From IMG/VR virus record IMGVR_UViG_3300037067_027643, positions 192,001 through 256,000 of that record: a DNA stretch of 64,000 nucleotides. One strand, written 5' to 3'. This stretch comes from a virus. Lineage: Duplodnaviria; Caudoviricetes. Below, piece by piece: positions 19,716 through 32,842 of the stretch. A program made the position numbers and the translations under genes. Within the stretch, counting starts at the first letter, position 1, and every line of letters starts with the position of its first letter. The notes below the pieces were generated by a model. It ran no database searches. It saw only the letters and a program-made list of their open reading frames with translations, and had not been told where the DNA came from.

Positions 19716-21587
19716 TTATTTGATTTCATATAAAAATTCATTTGTTTTTGGATGAAATAATTTTTCAATTTCTTTTCCTGTTAAATCATGATTACATTTA
19801 TTACAACTAAAAATATCAAAATTAAATCCATCTTCATTTGATTTATAAACTTTGATTTTAATTTTACCCTTATCACAATTTGGACATTTTATTATGTGCG
19901 TTTTCATATTATTGTTCTATTAAATCCAATATATAAATTTCAAAATTGTTTAAATATATTTCGCCAAAAAATGATTTAGTTTTGTAGCTTCTTTTCCTAA
20001 TTAAGCTACCCTGATATTCTTTATCGTAAGTAATAACTTTATCTTCTATTAATATAACATTTTCACTTTCTCCAAATCCACACCACTTATCTAATTCTTT
20101 AATAGCTAGTTCTTCTGAAACAGCAGAAATAATTGGTTCTGAAAAATCTTCATCTACATCAATTACTATAAATATTGATTTCATAATTCTATATTAAATT
20201 TTTTTAATTGTTTAATTAATTTATTTTTTGTTTCCTGTTTTTCATCCATTAAAATTCCTAATATTCTTAACAGAGTATTAACAGATTGTTTTTGATTAAT
20301 TTCATAATCATATTTTATTTCTTTTTTATTTTCTTTACCTGTAGTATGTATAATTATAGAAGACCAAGGAAATGTGGAATCAGGTTTATTATCTTCACTA
20401 TTTAGATTTATTAATGAACCATCTTCATCTAATATAGATTTCTTAGTTCCTTCTTTTTCTTTTTTAGTTAGATCCTTAATCTTTAAAATAAATTCATGTT
20501 CAAATGATTGGTTTCCAACATTAGCTATTAATAGAGCCATTTCATTAATATCCTTTATTTCTACATCTAAAACTTTAATCTTTTCGACAAGTTTAGAAAC
20601 CTTTTCTATTTCTTTTATATTCATTTTTATATTTAAATTAAATGTAATTTTTCTGCTTGAGTTTTAGTAAGATAAATGATTTCATTATCCTTGGGATCCC
20701 AACTTTCGTTTCTAGCATATTCGTTTGTTCCTGTTACATCACAATAATCTAACCAATCACATTTAGTTCTTATTTGATACCAATTAATTGGAATATCTTT
20801 TTCTTCTTTAACTGTTTCTTGTTCAAATGGATAATTGTTTAAAAAATAATCAAATAGGAAATCATTATACAATGGAGACTCTTTGATATCATAATCGCTA
20901 ATTTCTAAATTACTAAAATATTCTAAATCTTCTATTACTTTACCTGGATAATAATTATCGTCATCATGTACGTTTTTGGTAGCTATACATAAATAATTAT
21001 AACCAAATTTCGATTTATCCAAACGGATTAAATATGCTAATTGATTATAACCAAGCGCTGCGTTTGTTTCGTATATTTTCATAAATTATTTTACCTCTCT
21101 ATAAAATTCGTTATTAATTATTTTATATTTTAAATTATTTAATATTGCTATTTTTGATTCCTCTTTAAATACAGATTCGTCACTTGTCCAATGTTCGTAA
21201 TATATTCCATCTATATTTCTATATTTATTAGAAGAATTTTTTACTTTATTTTGATTATAATTAAACTTTGGTTTCATTTATTGTTTTATTTTAACAATAC
21301 AAAATTAATAAAAATATTTCATGCTACCAAATTTATTTTTAAAGTTCAAATAATAATTTACTATTTAATCTTTCGTAAAAATGTTTCTTACTAGTAAAAC
21401 AATTAGTATATATAGTTACTCCTTGGTTGTTTACTAATTCAGAAAAATCTTCAAATCTTAAAAAGTAACCATTTTCATTTTCTTCAAATGTATACTCGGA
21501 AAATAATTTTTGTAGTTTATTTGCTTTATGTCCAATGTAACCTAAAGAGAAACTTAATCCTGGATTTTTAATTTTATGCTTTTTCAT
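19716..21587 (-). other. Leftward block of small hypothetical ORFs (19716-19907, 19909-20184, 20181-20624, 20633-21082, 21086-21277, 21339-21587)
   Basis: Tightly packed co-oriented ORFs fed by promoters at 21300-21340 and 21621-21656. Confidence 0.6.
21300..21340 (-). promoter_or_regulatory. Bacteroidetes-type promoter
   Basis: TTTG-N20-TAATTTTG. Confidence 0.7.
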
Positions 21588-21620
21588 ACTGTTTTATTTT
21601 TAGTTTTTAATTTAACAGTA

Positions 21621-21714
21621 CAAAGATAATAATAATTTTTGACATTACCAAATAATAATTTAAAATAATTTTAAAAATAAATTTGGATATATAAAATAAT
21701 TTACTTAATTTTGT
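21621..21714. promoter_or_regulatory. Divergent pair of Bacteroidetes-type promoters
   Basis: Minus: TTTG(21652-49)-N20-TATCTTTG. Plus: TTTG(21682)-N20-TAATTTTG(21706). Located at the strand switch. Confidence 0.75.
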
Positions 21715-23671
21715 ATTCTTAAAATATAAATTTATGTCCAAAGCGAAAAATAATAATATTAACTTAGTCATTCACAAATGGATGATGACAAAAGAAGTCA
21801 AAAGAAAAAAGAAAGTCAAACCAATAGAAGAACGGTTACTAATTAATTTAGTAAAACCAAAAGTAATTAAAAAGAAATCTAAAAAAGTAAAGATATGAGT
21901 TACATTCCTAACATTATAATAGTAAAAGAAGATTTAGAAAAACATTCATTTGAATTAGAAAATTCTTATATGAACGTATCACCTAAACAAAGAGAGATTC
22001 TCGAATATTTAAATGATGTATTAAAACATAATTATGAAATTCATGTTGGTAGGCAAATATTACTTTTATGTCAACCAGATATTTCTACATTTAATAATGA
22101 TGTAAGAGAACAATTGGATAAATGGAATGTAGAGTATGGAATATCAAATTAATTAAAACATTAAATAAATTATGAAAAAATACTTGGTTATATCAAAAGA
22201 AGAAAACGAAATAGAATTTATAATTCTAAAAAAGAAAAATAAGATATCATTACTATCATCTGATTCTACTGTTTGGAATGAATGGTTTAGAAATACTAAA
22301 TTAATATCATTAATAGATAGTGGAAATGATATTAAAATAAAATGGTATGAAAAAATAAATAAAAATAAATTAGACTATTCACAAGAACAATATCTAAGGA
22401 TAATCTTAAATTTTCACGATAAACAATTAAATTTACCAAGTAAATACAAATTTTTAAAATCTAAATAATATGAAATCAATAAATAATAAACAATATAAAG
22501 AAGCTAAAATATTAGCATTAACTACAAACGAAAAATTAACAGATAGCGCACTATTTATAAGAACTCACGATGTATTTGGTAGATATATTAATAGTGCTAA
22601 TTTAGAATATTCTTTAAATCAAACATATATTAATAATATTCAACTTATAAATGATAGAAAAGCAGCAACTAATTGTTTGGATAAATATATTTTTTATAAC
22701 CTTTATATTGTTTCCAATGATAAAGTAAATGATTTTGATTGGGTTTACGATAAAGGAAATAATCGTGTAATCCAATTACAAATATCAAAAGATACAAATA
22801 TTTCTAATTATGTTAAAGTTATTGCTTCTAATGACCCACAATTAAAAAACCTACCGATAATTAATAATGATTTTATTAATGAATATGTAAACGAGTATAA
22901 TCAAAATAATAAATTAGAAACAGTTTTAGTTAAATATGAAAAAGGATTAAACGGAGAACGATGTAATATGGAATTTTTTGAAAGACCTACAATTAATAAA
23001 AAAGATAATTCAATTACAATTAAAAGGATAAAAGAAAATTATTCCAAGGAAGAAGTTAAAGATTTAATTCTTAAATTTGCAACAAAAGTATTTAGTGAAA
23101 AATTTGAAATATTAGATATAAATAATTGGATAGAAGAAAATTTATAAAAGTTAAATAAATGAAAAGAGAACCTAAAATTAACGAACAAATATATGTTCCA
23201 ACATCACTTCATGTTTATAGAGGATTTGATGATTATATTGGTGGATTAGCCACAATAACAGATATCGAATATAAAAAACATTTACCTAAAGATCATTATA
23301 ATTATTGTTTTGTTGAAATCAATAATATAAAAGGATCAACTTATAATTGGAACTATTTGTTAGAACAACAAGAATCATTAAAAGAACAATTTGGAAATCA
23401 AGTAGCTTATCCAGATCCAGATTTAAGACCAGAATTTAACGATGACGAAGAAGGATGGAGATAATATATGAAGACACCAAAAACAGTAAAAGGATATTTA
23501 AAAATGTTTGTACAAATAGCAAATGAACAATCTTGTGATTTAAATTTAAGTAGAGGAGTCACAGACGAAGAAAGAAAATTAATAGCATATTGTAGAGGTG
23601 CTATACAAAATGAGTTAGGTGATAAAGAATTTAAGCACATATTAGAAAAATATGGATTGCATTATCCTTAA

Positions 23672-23711
23672 AAATAAATTTGGTAGTATGAAATATTTTA
23701 CTTATTTTTGT
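23672..23711 (+). promoter_or_regulatory. Bacteroidetes-type promoter
   Basis: TTTG(23679)-N20-TATTTTTG(23703). Confidence 0.7.
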
Positions 23712-26605
23712 AATCTAAATTTAAAACTTATACGAAATGAAAACTATATCAGAAATTCCAACTAAAAAACAAGTAATAGTAGCTATTATATATTTAGTAG
23801 CGGTATTTACATTATTTTATTTCACAATAACAATTTTTGGATAGAATGGAAATAACAAATAATTATTTTAGTCTAAATCCAGTAATCAAAGTTAAAGAAA
23901 GTTTGTTACTTCCTTACGATGAAACTGTAAGGGTTTATGATATAAAAACTCATGAAGGAATATCTGTATTAACAGGAAGGAAAATTAATTGTATAAAGAT
24001 AAATGATAATGAATTAATAGTTAGTAAAGAATTATATAACCAAATTTCAAAGATTTAAAATATGGACAAAATAGTTTTTAATAAAGACATACCGTATTTT
24101 ACCAATAACGAAAATTTTAGATGGTATGTATGTAAAGAGCTTCAACGATATATTGAAACTAAACAAACAGAAAATCTACCAAAATTAATAGGGTTTGGAT
24201 GTTTCATTGTAAAGGGTAAAGATATTGAGGATTATGTATTAATTGATAATAAACAAAATATAATCGGTAGTTATCCTTATACATTAGAAGGATTTGGTCA
24301 AATGGAAGCAAAAATAAATATAATTAAAATTTCTAAACATTATGATGATTATGAAAAAGAAAACAAAATTTAATGAATTTTGTCACATGCATTGTGATGG
24401 ACTATACGATCCAAATTTTCCAGATGATGTACAATGTACTGGATACAAACAATTAAAGAAAATGGTTAAAGAAAAAATTAAACCGGCTTCTTTAGAAGAA
24501 ATTGAAAGGTGGGAATCCGAACCAACAAAAGAAGAATTAATGGCTACACCAGATATTAAATATTTAAGGTTTCTACATCCGGTATTAAGACCTTATATTA
24601 TTGAAAATTGGGATATAATCAAAAAATTAAAATAACATGAACGAAATAGAAAAATTAAGATGTAATGAGCTAAAAAATTTAGGAATGATGTTTAGCTTCA
24701 AAGAAAATGGTTTTATAGGAAAAGAAGATGATATAAGTGATTTCTATATTCCTACATTTGATGTTCGATTTAGCGACGATCGAAAATGGGATAAAATAAT
24801 TAAAGAATTAACAACAGAATTAAACAATAGGAGATCTTCAAAAATGAATAATGAAATAAAAACTCACATAGTAATAGATTGTACTAATTTAAAGATTAAC
24901 AATAATAAAGTATTTGTAGGAACTTATCAAGAATGTATTAATTACATAGACAGTAACGAAATTGATTATAAAATAGTTCCGATGACAAAAAAAGAATTAA
25001 AATTATATAATAACAAATAAATAAAAAATATTTCAAAACATGAACCCAATTAAAGATAGCATTCCAAGTAAATGCAAATTATATAAACCAGATCTAACCA
25101 AACCTATTCACGCAAATTGTGAAAAATTAGGAATATTATATGAGTGTAAAAATAATACAATACCCGATAATATATTCTGTTTAGGTTGTAAACATATTAA
25201 AGACATTAAATTTAAATAATTATGGAAACAACAAAATTACTAAAAGAAATAATTCAATTAATAGAAACTAATCCAAATGATTCTGATTTAGGAAAAGCTA
25301 TTAGAAAGTTATATACCAAATATAAAACTAATAGTGAATTATTAGATACAGATGACTTAGGAGAAATTAATCGTTCTAATTCAATAAATGATTAACAAAA
25401 ATAAAATTATGCAATCAATTATTCAACTTAAATTATTCGATGATTTTGTCTTTTATGATAAACGACAAATAGATACGATTACCAAACAAGGTAAAAAATT
25501 TACTAAACAGTATAAGAAAAAACTAAAAATATTAATATGAAAAAAGAATATGTAATTTGTTTTGAAAATAAAGGATATAGTGGCGTAACTAATTTATATC
25601 CATTTTTAAATAAAACATTTAAAACAATTGATATAGCAGAAGCAACAATATCAAGTTTATTAAATGATAAAAATAATACAGAAAAAAGATATTATATAAT
25701 TCCATGCTATACAAAAGATTAAAATAAATAATTATGAATAAAAATGAACTAATCAACATAGATTTAAATGAATATGATTATCAATGTTCAGATGGATGTT
25801 GTACAAACTATGGAACTATTACAACAGTAAACGGAAAAGAATTGGAATGTCATAATCAAGACGCATCTACAATAGTAAAACAAGTATTAGAACATTTAGG
25901 ATATACTAATGTAAAAGTAACCAATAGTTATAATGGTGAAATAATTAGCAAAGTTTAAAATATGACAGAAAAAGAATTAATGAAAACTGCTTATATAGCA
26001 GCAAGAAAAGAATTTGATATAATTCCAAGTAGATGTGAAGAAGCATTCGAAGAATATTATTTAAAAGAAGGAATATTCTTAATCACCAAAAATGTTTTAG
26101 AACGACAATCTCTATCAGATAATGATATATTTAATACAAAGTTAGATAATCAAATAGCATATATAGAGGCAATAAATAAAATAATGGAAGTTCCAATATC
26201 AAAGTCAATTTTAAATAGTCTAAAGGAATTAAAAACTATTAAGCAAAAACAAATAGAAAATTTAAAATAACTAAATTAAAATTATTGTGGAATATAATTC
26301 AATATTAGAAAATGTACTAATTGATATTCAAATAGACATTCAAAATGAAATTCTAAATCAATGTAAAAAATGTAATCTAGATGATTTACAAACTGATATT
26401 ATAAATGAAAATGTAATATCAACTTTTAATTTAAACAAACAAAAATATATTAAACAATTAAATAAAACAAGTGAAACATTATTAAAAAGATATATTAAAC
26501 ATATCAAAAATCACGAAGGAATAGATTATATAGATAATATACATGACTATAGTGATGATGTACATTTTAGTGAAGAAGAAATTAAACTACTTGAAACATT
26601 ATCAA

Positions 26606-26875
26606 ATGATTAAAAAACTAACAAAACAACAAAAAATATTATTAACACTATTAAGAGACTCTTATTTAACATTAGGTGATATAACTAATAGATTTTATTC
26701 TATACATACACCAAAATCTAACAAACCACAATTAAATAATATAATGAAAAGAAATTCAAAAATGAGTGGATGGTTAAATAATTTGTGGAATAAAGAATTA
26801 ATAGAAATTGATCACTGTTCAGATGATAATAGATATAGAGTAACTCAAAAAGCAATAAACTTATTAAATTTATAA
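26606..26875 (+). CDS. Putative winged-helix DNA-binding protein
   Basis: LTKQQKILLTLL...WLNNLWNKELIE...YRVTQKA pattern; the likely start is ATG 26606 rather than 26543. Confidence 0.5.
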   Translation: MIKKLTKQQKILLTLLRDSYLTLGDITNRFYSIHTPKSNKPQLNNIMKRNSKMSGWLNNLWNKELIEIDHCSDDNRYRVTQKAINLLNL

Positions 26876-28531
26876 AATTATGAAACATAAAGAAATAACA
26901 GATTATAGCACTCAATATTTTAATTCAGATTCTGTTAATAATATGAAATTACCAGAAGTAAACGTTCGTAAACAAACAAGTAAACAACATCAAACTAAAT
27001 TAAAATTAAGAATATTAGAATATATTAAACTATACGAAATAGAAAATAATTATCAATTTGAAATTTATGAAATAGATAATATATTATTAGAAATAGTAAA
27101 ACATCATCATGAATCATATTTAAATACAAAATTTGGATATGATACAATTTAATCAAAAATAAACTTATTAAATTTATAAATTTATGAAAAACAAAGATAT
27201 AAATGAAATCTTAAAAGATATTTTAGGAACAGAAGCTATTAATGACAATAATATACAAATATCAGAAAATACATCAAAGTTAGTTAAAACAATAAATTAT
27301 TTAATTACACAATTAGAAATAATTAAGAGAGAGTTTAATCCAGAATGTGATAATTCATATTTAATGGAACATATTGATTCAGTAATCAATAATACAAAAG
27401 AAATTTTATCAGAAAATAAATAATTAAAATATGAAAATAGAAAAAATTAATTCACAAACCAGAAGAGACTTTTATGCTGATATGATTTGTGAACATTGTG
27501 GACATATAGAAAAGAATGTAAGTTGTTACGATGATGATTACTTTCATCAAAATGTTATTCCAAATATGACTTGTAAACAATGTGGTAAAAATTCTGGAGA
27601 GGATTATAGACCATTAGCAACAAAATATAAATCGGACGAAGTAATATAAAAATAAAATTATACAATGTATATAGATTTAAAAATAGAAAAACCAAAAGAA
27701 AGTGATAAAATTTTAGTAGGAGTAAACGCATACCCAATGAATCCAAGAATAGCTATTTATAAAAAAGATAAATTTTGGGATATTAGTGATACAAAAATAG
27801 AATTATTCCCTACTCATTGGAAATATCCAGAAGTTCCATTTATGTTTTAATTTAATATAAACAATTGAAATATGAAAAAGAAATTATATTATGAATTTAG
27901 TGATAACGGAGATATTAGTAAAATAGTAATGTGTTTAGAAGATTGTATGGAGTGGATAAGATCAGAAACAGAAAATGTATTAGATGAATATTCAGATGAT
28001 GTAGAATATACTATTATACCTGTTTGGATGACAGAAGAAGAATTTAAAAATTTACCAGAAGCTTGTATTTAAAAATAAAATCATTAACACTTAAACGAAG
28101 TCTTGCATACATAATAGATAAGCAAGAAGGATACCTAAATGGATTTAATCCTTACGACTTTTTATGGGACTATTCCAATCCAACATGGATATAAATATTA
28201 CAAAATTTTAAATTAAAAATAAATTTATATATGTACGAAAAACTATTTGAAAGAAATCAAAAAGCATTACTCTTTATAAAAGAAAAAGAAGGTTTAACTA
28301 ATGACGAAGTAAATTCTTTATTACCCATTTGTAAAACCAAATTATATAGTAAAACAATTGTAGGTATAGCCGATCTAATGACTGAGTATTCTGAACATTT
28401 AATTAATGAACAAAAAGAATCGTTATTACTACTCGATTTCGCTAATCATTTAAATGAAGCTAGTGGGTTCGCTTTAAACTCAGAAGGATTTGAAGAATAC
28501 ATAAAAGAATTTTTAAACAAACAATAGTATT

Positions 28532-28816
28532 ATGAAAAAACAATTGAAATTAATTGAAAATTCAAATATTTTTCCTTCAACAGATGAATTAAATATAAAT
28601 ATTGTTATGAATAGTACATTACCATGCCCATTTTGTGGAAAACAACCAAATTTTGGATATTATCGTAATGAATATAGAGAAGATATTTTTTACTTAAAAT
28701 GTAACAAATGTAATGCTAAATTTTTTGAATGTAAATTTGAAATTTTACATCAACCACCTTATATTGAAATTGTAAAAAAATTAGTGAATAAATGGAATAA
28801 AAGATATAGTTTATAA
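28532..28816 (+). CDS. Lar-like (restriction alleviation) Zn-finger protein
   Basis: LPCPFCG...CNKC...WNKR motif. Confidence 0.6.
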   Translation: MKKQLKLIENSNIFPSTDELNINIVMNSTLPCPFCGKQPNFGYYRNEYREDIFYLKCNKCNAKFFECKFEILHQPPYIEIVKKLVNKWNKRYSL

Positions 28817-28851
28817 AATTAATAGAATGAATATTTATATAGAACGATAAT

Positions 28852-29274
28852 ATGAATAACAATACAATATTATATGCAGCTTTTTGTGGAACAGGTAAAA
28901 CATATATTTGCGAAAATAATACAGATATAAAATCTATTGAAATAGAATATTGGAAATATAAAGATAAAGGATTGCAAAAACAATATATCAAAGATATAAA
29001 GAAACAGTTTAGACGAGTTGATTATATTTTTATTGCTACCGACCCAGAAAATTTAAAACTTTTATATAAAGAAGGATTTGATATAACAGTTGTTTATCCA
29101 GAAAATAAATTGAGAAATGAATACTTAGATAGATATATTAAACGAAATAGTTCTTGTGATTTTATAGGAACATTTATGAAATATTGGAATCCTTGGATTG
29201 ATGAACTTAAAGAACAAAAATATTGTAAACATATAATATTAAAATCTGGACAATATTTACAAGATGTTATATAA
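28852..29274 (+). CDS. Small P-loop nucleotide kinase-like protein
   Basis: AAFCGTGKT Walker A, VYP...EYLDRYIKR and LKSGQYL. Confidence 0.7.
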   Translation: MNNNTILYAAFCGTGKTYICENNTDIKSIEIEYWKYKDKGLQKQYIKDIKKQFRRVDYIFIATDPENLKLLYKEGFDITVVYPENKLRNEYLDRYIKRNSSCDFIGTFMKYWNPWIDELKEQKYCKHIILKSGQYLQDVI

Positions 29275-30398
29275 TATTATTAACTTTTAAATAATATGAA
29301 ACCAAACAAAAAGAAATTAAAAAATAAAATTATGAAAATAACAAACTTTAAAAAAGGTGATTTAATCACAAGAATAAAAGTATCGGATGAATATACATCT
29401 GAACCTAAATATGAATTAGATTCATTTATATTTAGTGAGATATCTAATGGTAAAATTTGGCTTATTCATTTTAATGAATGTAAGGACTATGAACTTGAGA
29501 TATTTTCTGAAGTATTTGAAAAAAGAAAAGAAGATGAGTGGGAATATTATATCATTCCAGATATTCTAACAGATTTACTTTTAGAACAAATGTGTAAATC
29601 AAAATTATTACTATGTAAGTTATTAAGAAAACATTTAATTAAAAACAGTAATATAACAACTTATGAAAACAAACAAAGAAATCTTAGAATCTTATCTAGA
29701 TAGAGAACTGTTTTCACTTGGAGAAAATCTATCCGATAGTAATATATTAGATTGTATGAAAGAAGCACAAAAACAAACTAAAATTAAATATAAGAAAAAG
29801 ATAAATAAGATCGAAAAACAATATTACGACAAAGGATATACTAAGGGTTGGACAGAAGGATTTAATTAAGCAAAACAAGAAATTTAAAACAAATATATAT
29901 AACATGAGAAAAATCATTAAAGAAGATTATGGAATCGGAGTAGTAAATGCAAGTGAAAATAAACACCATTACTACATAGCAAAAAGATTATCAAATGAAC
30001 AGATAAATAAATTTGTCCAAGCTAAAACATTAATTGGATATGAAGTTGATGTTCTATATCGTAAAAAACAAAGAAAATGTATAATAGTTGCAGTCTCACT
30101 TCCAGACAAAGAACAAACCGTATATACATTCAAGGATGGTAGTAAACAAACCTATTCAAACTTTCCATTTAGTATATTTCTTTGTATAGAAGATGGTAGA
30201 CTACAAGGTAGATGGTTTAATAATATAGACTCTTTTAACTTTGATAATGCAATATATAAAGGTGTTCATTTCGAAACACATGGAACAGAATATACAGTAA
30301 TTAATAAAAATTTTGATTGTGTTGAATTGATATATGATTATAATAGTGGGCATTTAGAATTACCATGTGCTTAGTCTTATAACTTGTATGTGACAAAC

Positions 30399-30966
30399 TA
30401 TTTTAAAAAACGAAAATTAACCTCGATAAAATATGAATAAAATACACACGAAACGAGACGCAGAATCATTAATATTTTTATTACAAAAATTAGGATATAT
30501 AAATGCTAAATTAATTGGTTCATTTGGTAATGGAAAAGAAACTTCAGAACATGATATAGATGTTTATATACCAAAATTACCAGGATTTTTAAGTAAAAGA
30601 TTTAAGAGTAAACAATTTGCTGATACTATGAAAAATTTATTAGATGCAGAATCTTATGAATATACAGATATGGAAAGTTGGTATTTTACAAATACATTTT
30701 TTGGTGATGTAGATATGTTTCACAATATAGATCATTTTGATTATTAAATATTATGTTAAAAAGTATAAGAAGTATTGAAAATTTATTTTTTATTTTTTCT
30801 ATACATACACTGATTATAGACTATTTTGAAAATTATAAAAACTGATATAACATATTAGTAATAATAGAAGATATATTATACAATGACTGGAATTGATATT
30901 AAACTATTAAACTAGGGTTATTTTTATGTTATTAAGTATTTTGAAAAACCAAAATTAACCTCGATA
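30399..30966 (+). repeat. 30-bp direct repeat (28/30 identical) at 30399-30428 and 30937-30966
   Basis: tatttt[a/g]aaaaac[g/c]aaaattaacctcgata, flanking the nucleotidyltransferase gene. Confidence 0.85.
30433..30747 (+). CDS. Minimal nucleotidyltransferase (Pol beta superfamily)
   Basis: LIGSF...SEHDIDVYI and a distal VDMF acidic residue; 104 aa. Confidence 0.7.
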   Translation: MNKIHTKRDAESLIFLLQKLGYINAKLIGSFGNGKETSEHDIDVYIPKLPGFLSKRFKSKQFADTMKNLLDAESYEYTDMESWYFTNTFFGDVDMFHNIDHFDY

Positions 30967-31084
30967 TGAAAACGTATATGTCTCATTTCTCAATCTATCA
31001 TCACCCAACGTCAAAAGTGAATCATCAAATTTTTGCGAAATAGATTTTTAAATCGATACTTCGATACGGTTATAAAAATAGTGA

Positions 31085-31110
31085 TGTTACATAATAGGGT
31101 TTTATGTAAC
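31085..31110. repeat. Inverted repeat GTTACATAA-7bp-TTATGTAAC in the non-coding convergence region
   Basis: Perfect 9-bp arms. Confidence 0.7.
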
Positions 31111-32077
31111 GACAATTTAAGATAGGTTTAATAAAATGTAAGTAGATTAATAGATCATTGTTTAAATCTATTTAAAATAGGTTAGAATAATATTAGTTAT
31201 AATATACAATAATAAAATTTACATTAATTTCAACATTATTTCTTTAGATTTATTTTCTATTTGGTAATACTTTTTCTTGTTTGTTAACTATAATATTAGA
31301 TAACTCTATAACCTTATCTTCTAACCAATGAACATATTCTGGATTATAGTTAGATGATAGTATATCAAAAGATTTACCTGTTTTTGTATAGAATTCTGAT
31401 CTTATATCGTCTTGAAACATAATTTTATTTATTTTTATTTTTTATAATTAGTTTGAAATATTTTTTCTAGTTCTTTTCTTTTATCAAATTCTGGTTCCCA
31501 ATCTATACTATGACTATAATTTATTTTTCGTTCCCACCAACTGTTAGATTTGGTATTTCTTCTGTATTGTTGTTCTATATCGTTTTCTACAGTATCAACA
31601 ATAAAATATTCTACGAGATGGATGCCTGTGAGTTTCATTATTATTTATTTTTAACTAGTTCAACAATCCATCTATCATCAAAATCAAACCAACATCCACT
31701 ACATCTAATTTGTTTATTTTTTGTATCTAATGTAGCGATATCGTTAATTTTACAATATCTTTCTGATATTGGTGTTTGTAAAACTTTTACTTTCATGATT
31801 TATATTATTATTTAAAAATTTACCATGTTGCTTAGGTTTGTATCATCATTACCTTTATTTTTAGATAATGCTATTCTTGCTATTAATGTTCCAAATACTA
31901 AAACAAGTATTGACATTTTAATACCTTCTAAAATTGTGATAGGAGTTTTGTCTACATGATATCCAATTGGATAGATGATATAAAAGAATATTAAAAACAT
32001 TAATACTCCTGTTATTGTTCCTATTAATAAGGAAATAAACCATTTTTTCATGTTGTTTGTTGTTTTAAATTATAGTA

Positions 32078-32116
32078 CAAAAGTACAAAATAAAAATCAC
32101 ACTACCAAATTTATTT
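32078..32116 (-). promoter_or_regulatory. Bacteroidetes-type promoter
   Basis: TTTG-N20-TACTTTTG. Confidence 0.7.
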
Positions 32117-32842
32117 CGAGAAAATATTTTAAATTTTAAATAATATTAATACTAATATTCTAAAAGATATAGTGGTCATTATATAGTTATTTAATACTAA
32201 TATCGACGGTAATGTTTTAAAATCAAATAATAAATATAAGAATGAATGAGATTGATTATATTCAAAGTCTACTATATAAAATAAGTATAGATATAAGAGT
32301 ATTAATATCCAAATTATATATATTGATATTAATATTATTGTTGGTAGCATGATTTTTAATTTATTAATCTAATGTTTTAAATAGTTCTTTTAATTGTTCT
32401 ATATTACATAATATAAACTGTTCTACTGTGTCTTGATCTTCTGTATATGATACTTTATCATTTACAAGGTCAGATACTGAATTTCGGAAGTCTATTTGTT
32501 TTTGAAGTGTGATAGCTTCTTGTTCATCTTCTATTATTTCTCCATTAGTGAGTTGATAGCCGGATACTTTTTGTGGGGTGTTTGTTTTCATGTTTGTATT
32601 ATTTTAATTTATTATCAAACCAATCAGCGAACATAGCTGCATAATATGCAAATTGAATTATTATATAACCTATTAAAATCACTTGAAATGTTGAGTATAT
32701 TACAACATAATTTGTTGTATTTATATAATCTTTAACTAAATGTACATTAAAATAAAATGTAAGTATTGTTGGTACTAATACTATTAATATACAGATACTA
32801 AATTTAATTGCTTTCATAAATTTAATTGTTTTCATAAATTTT

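Larger units (their letters stand above)
21734..30374 (+). other. Rightward block of about 30 small hypothetical early/accessory ORFs
   Basis: Dense co-oriented ORFs with A-rich leaders, several with CxxC pairs; includes ORFs under 60 aa missing from the track (e.g. at 21734, 25040, 25222). Confidence 0.6.
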
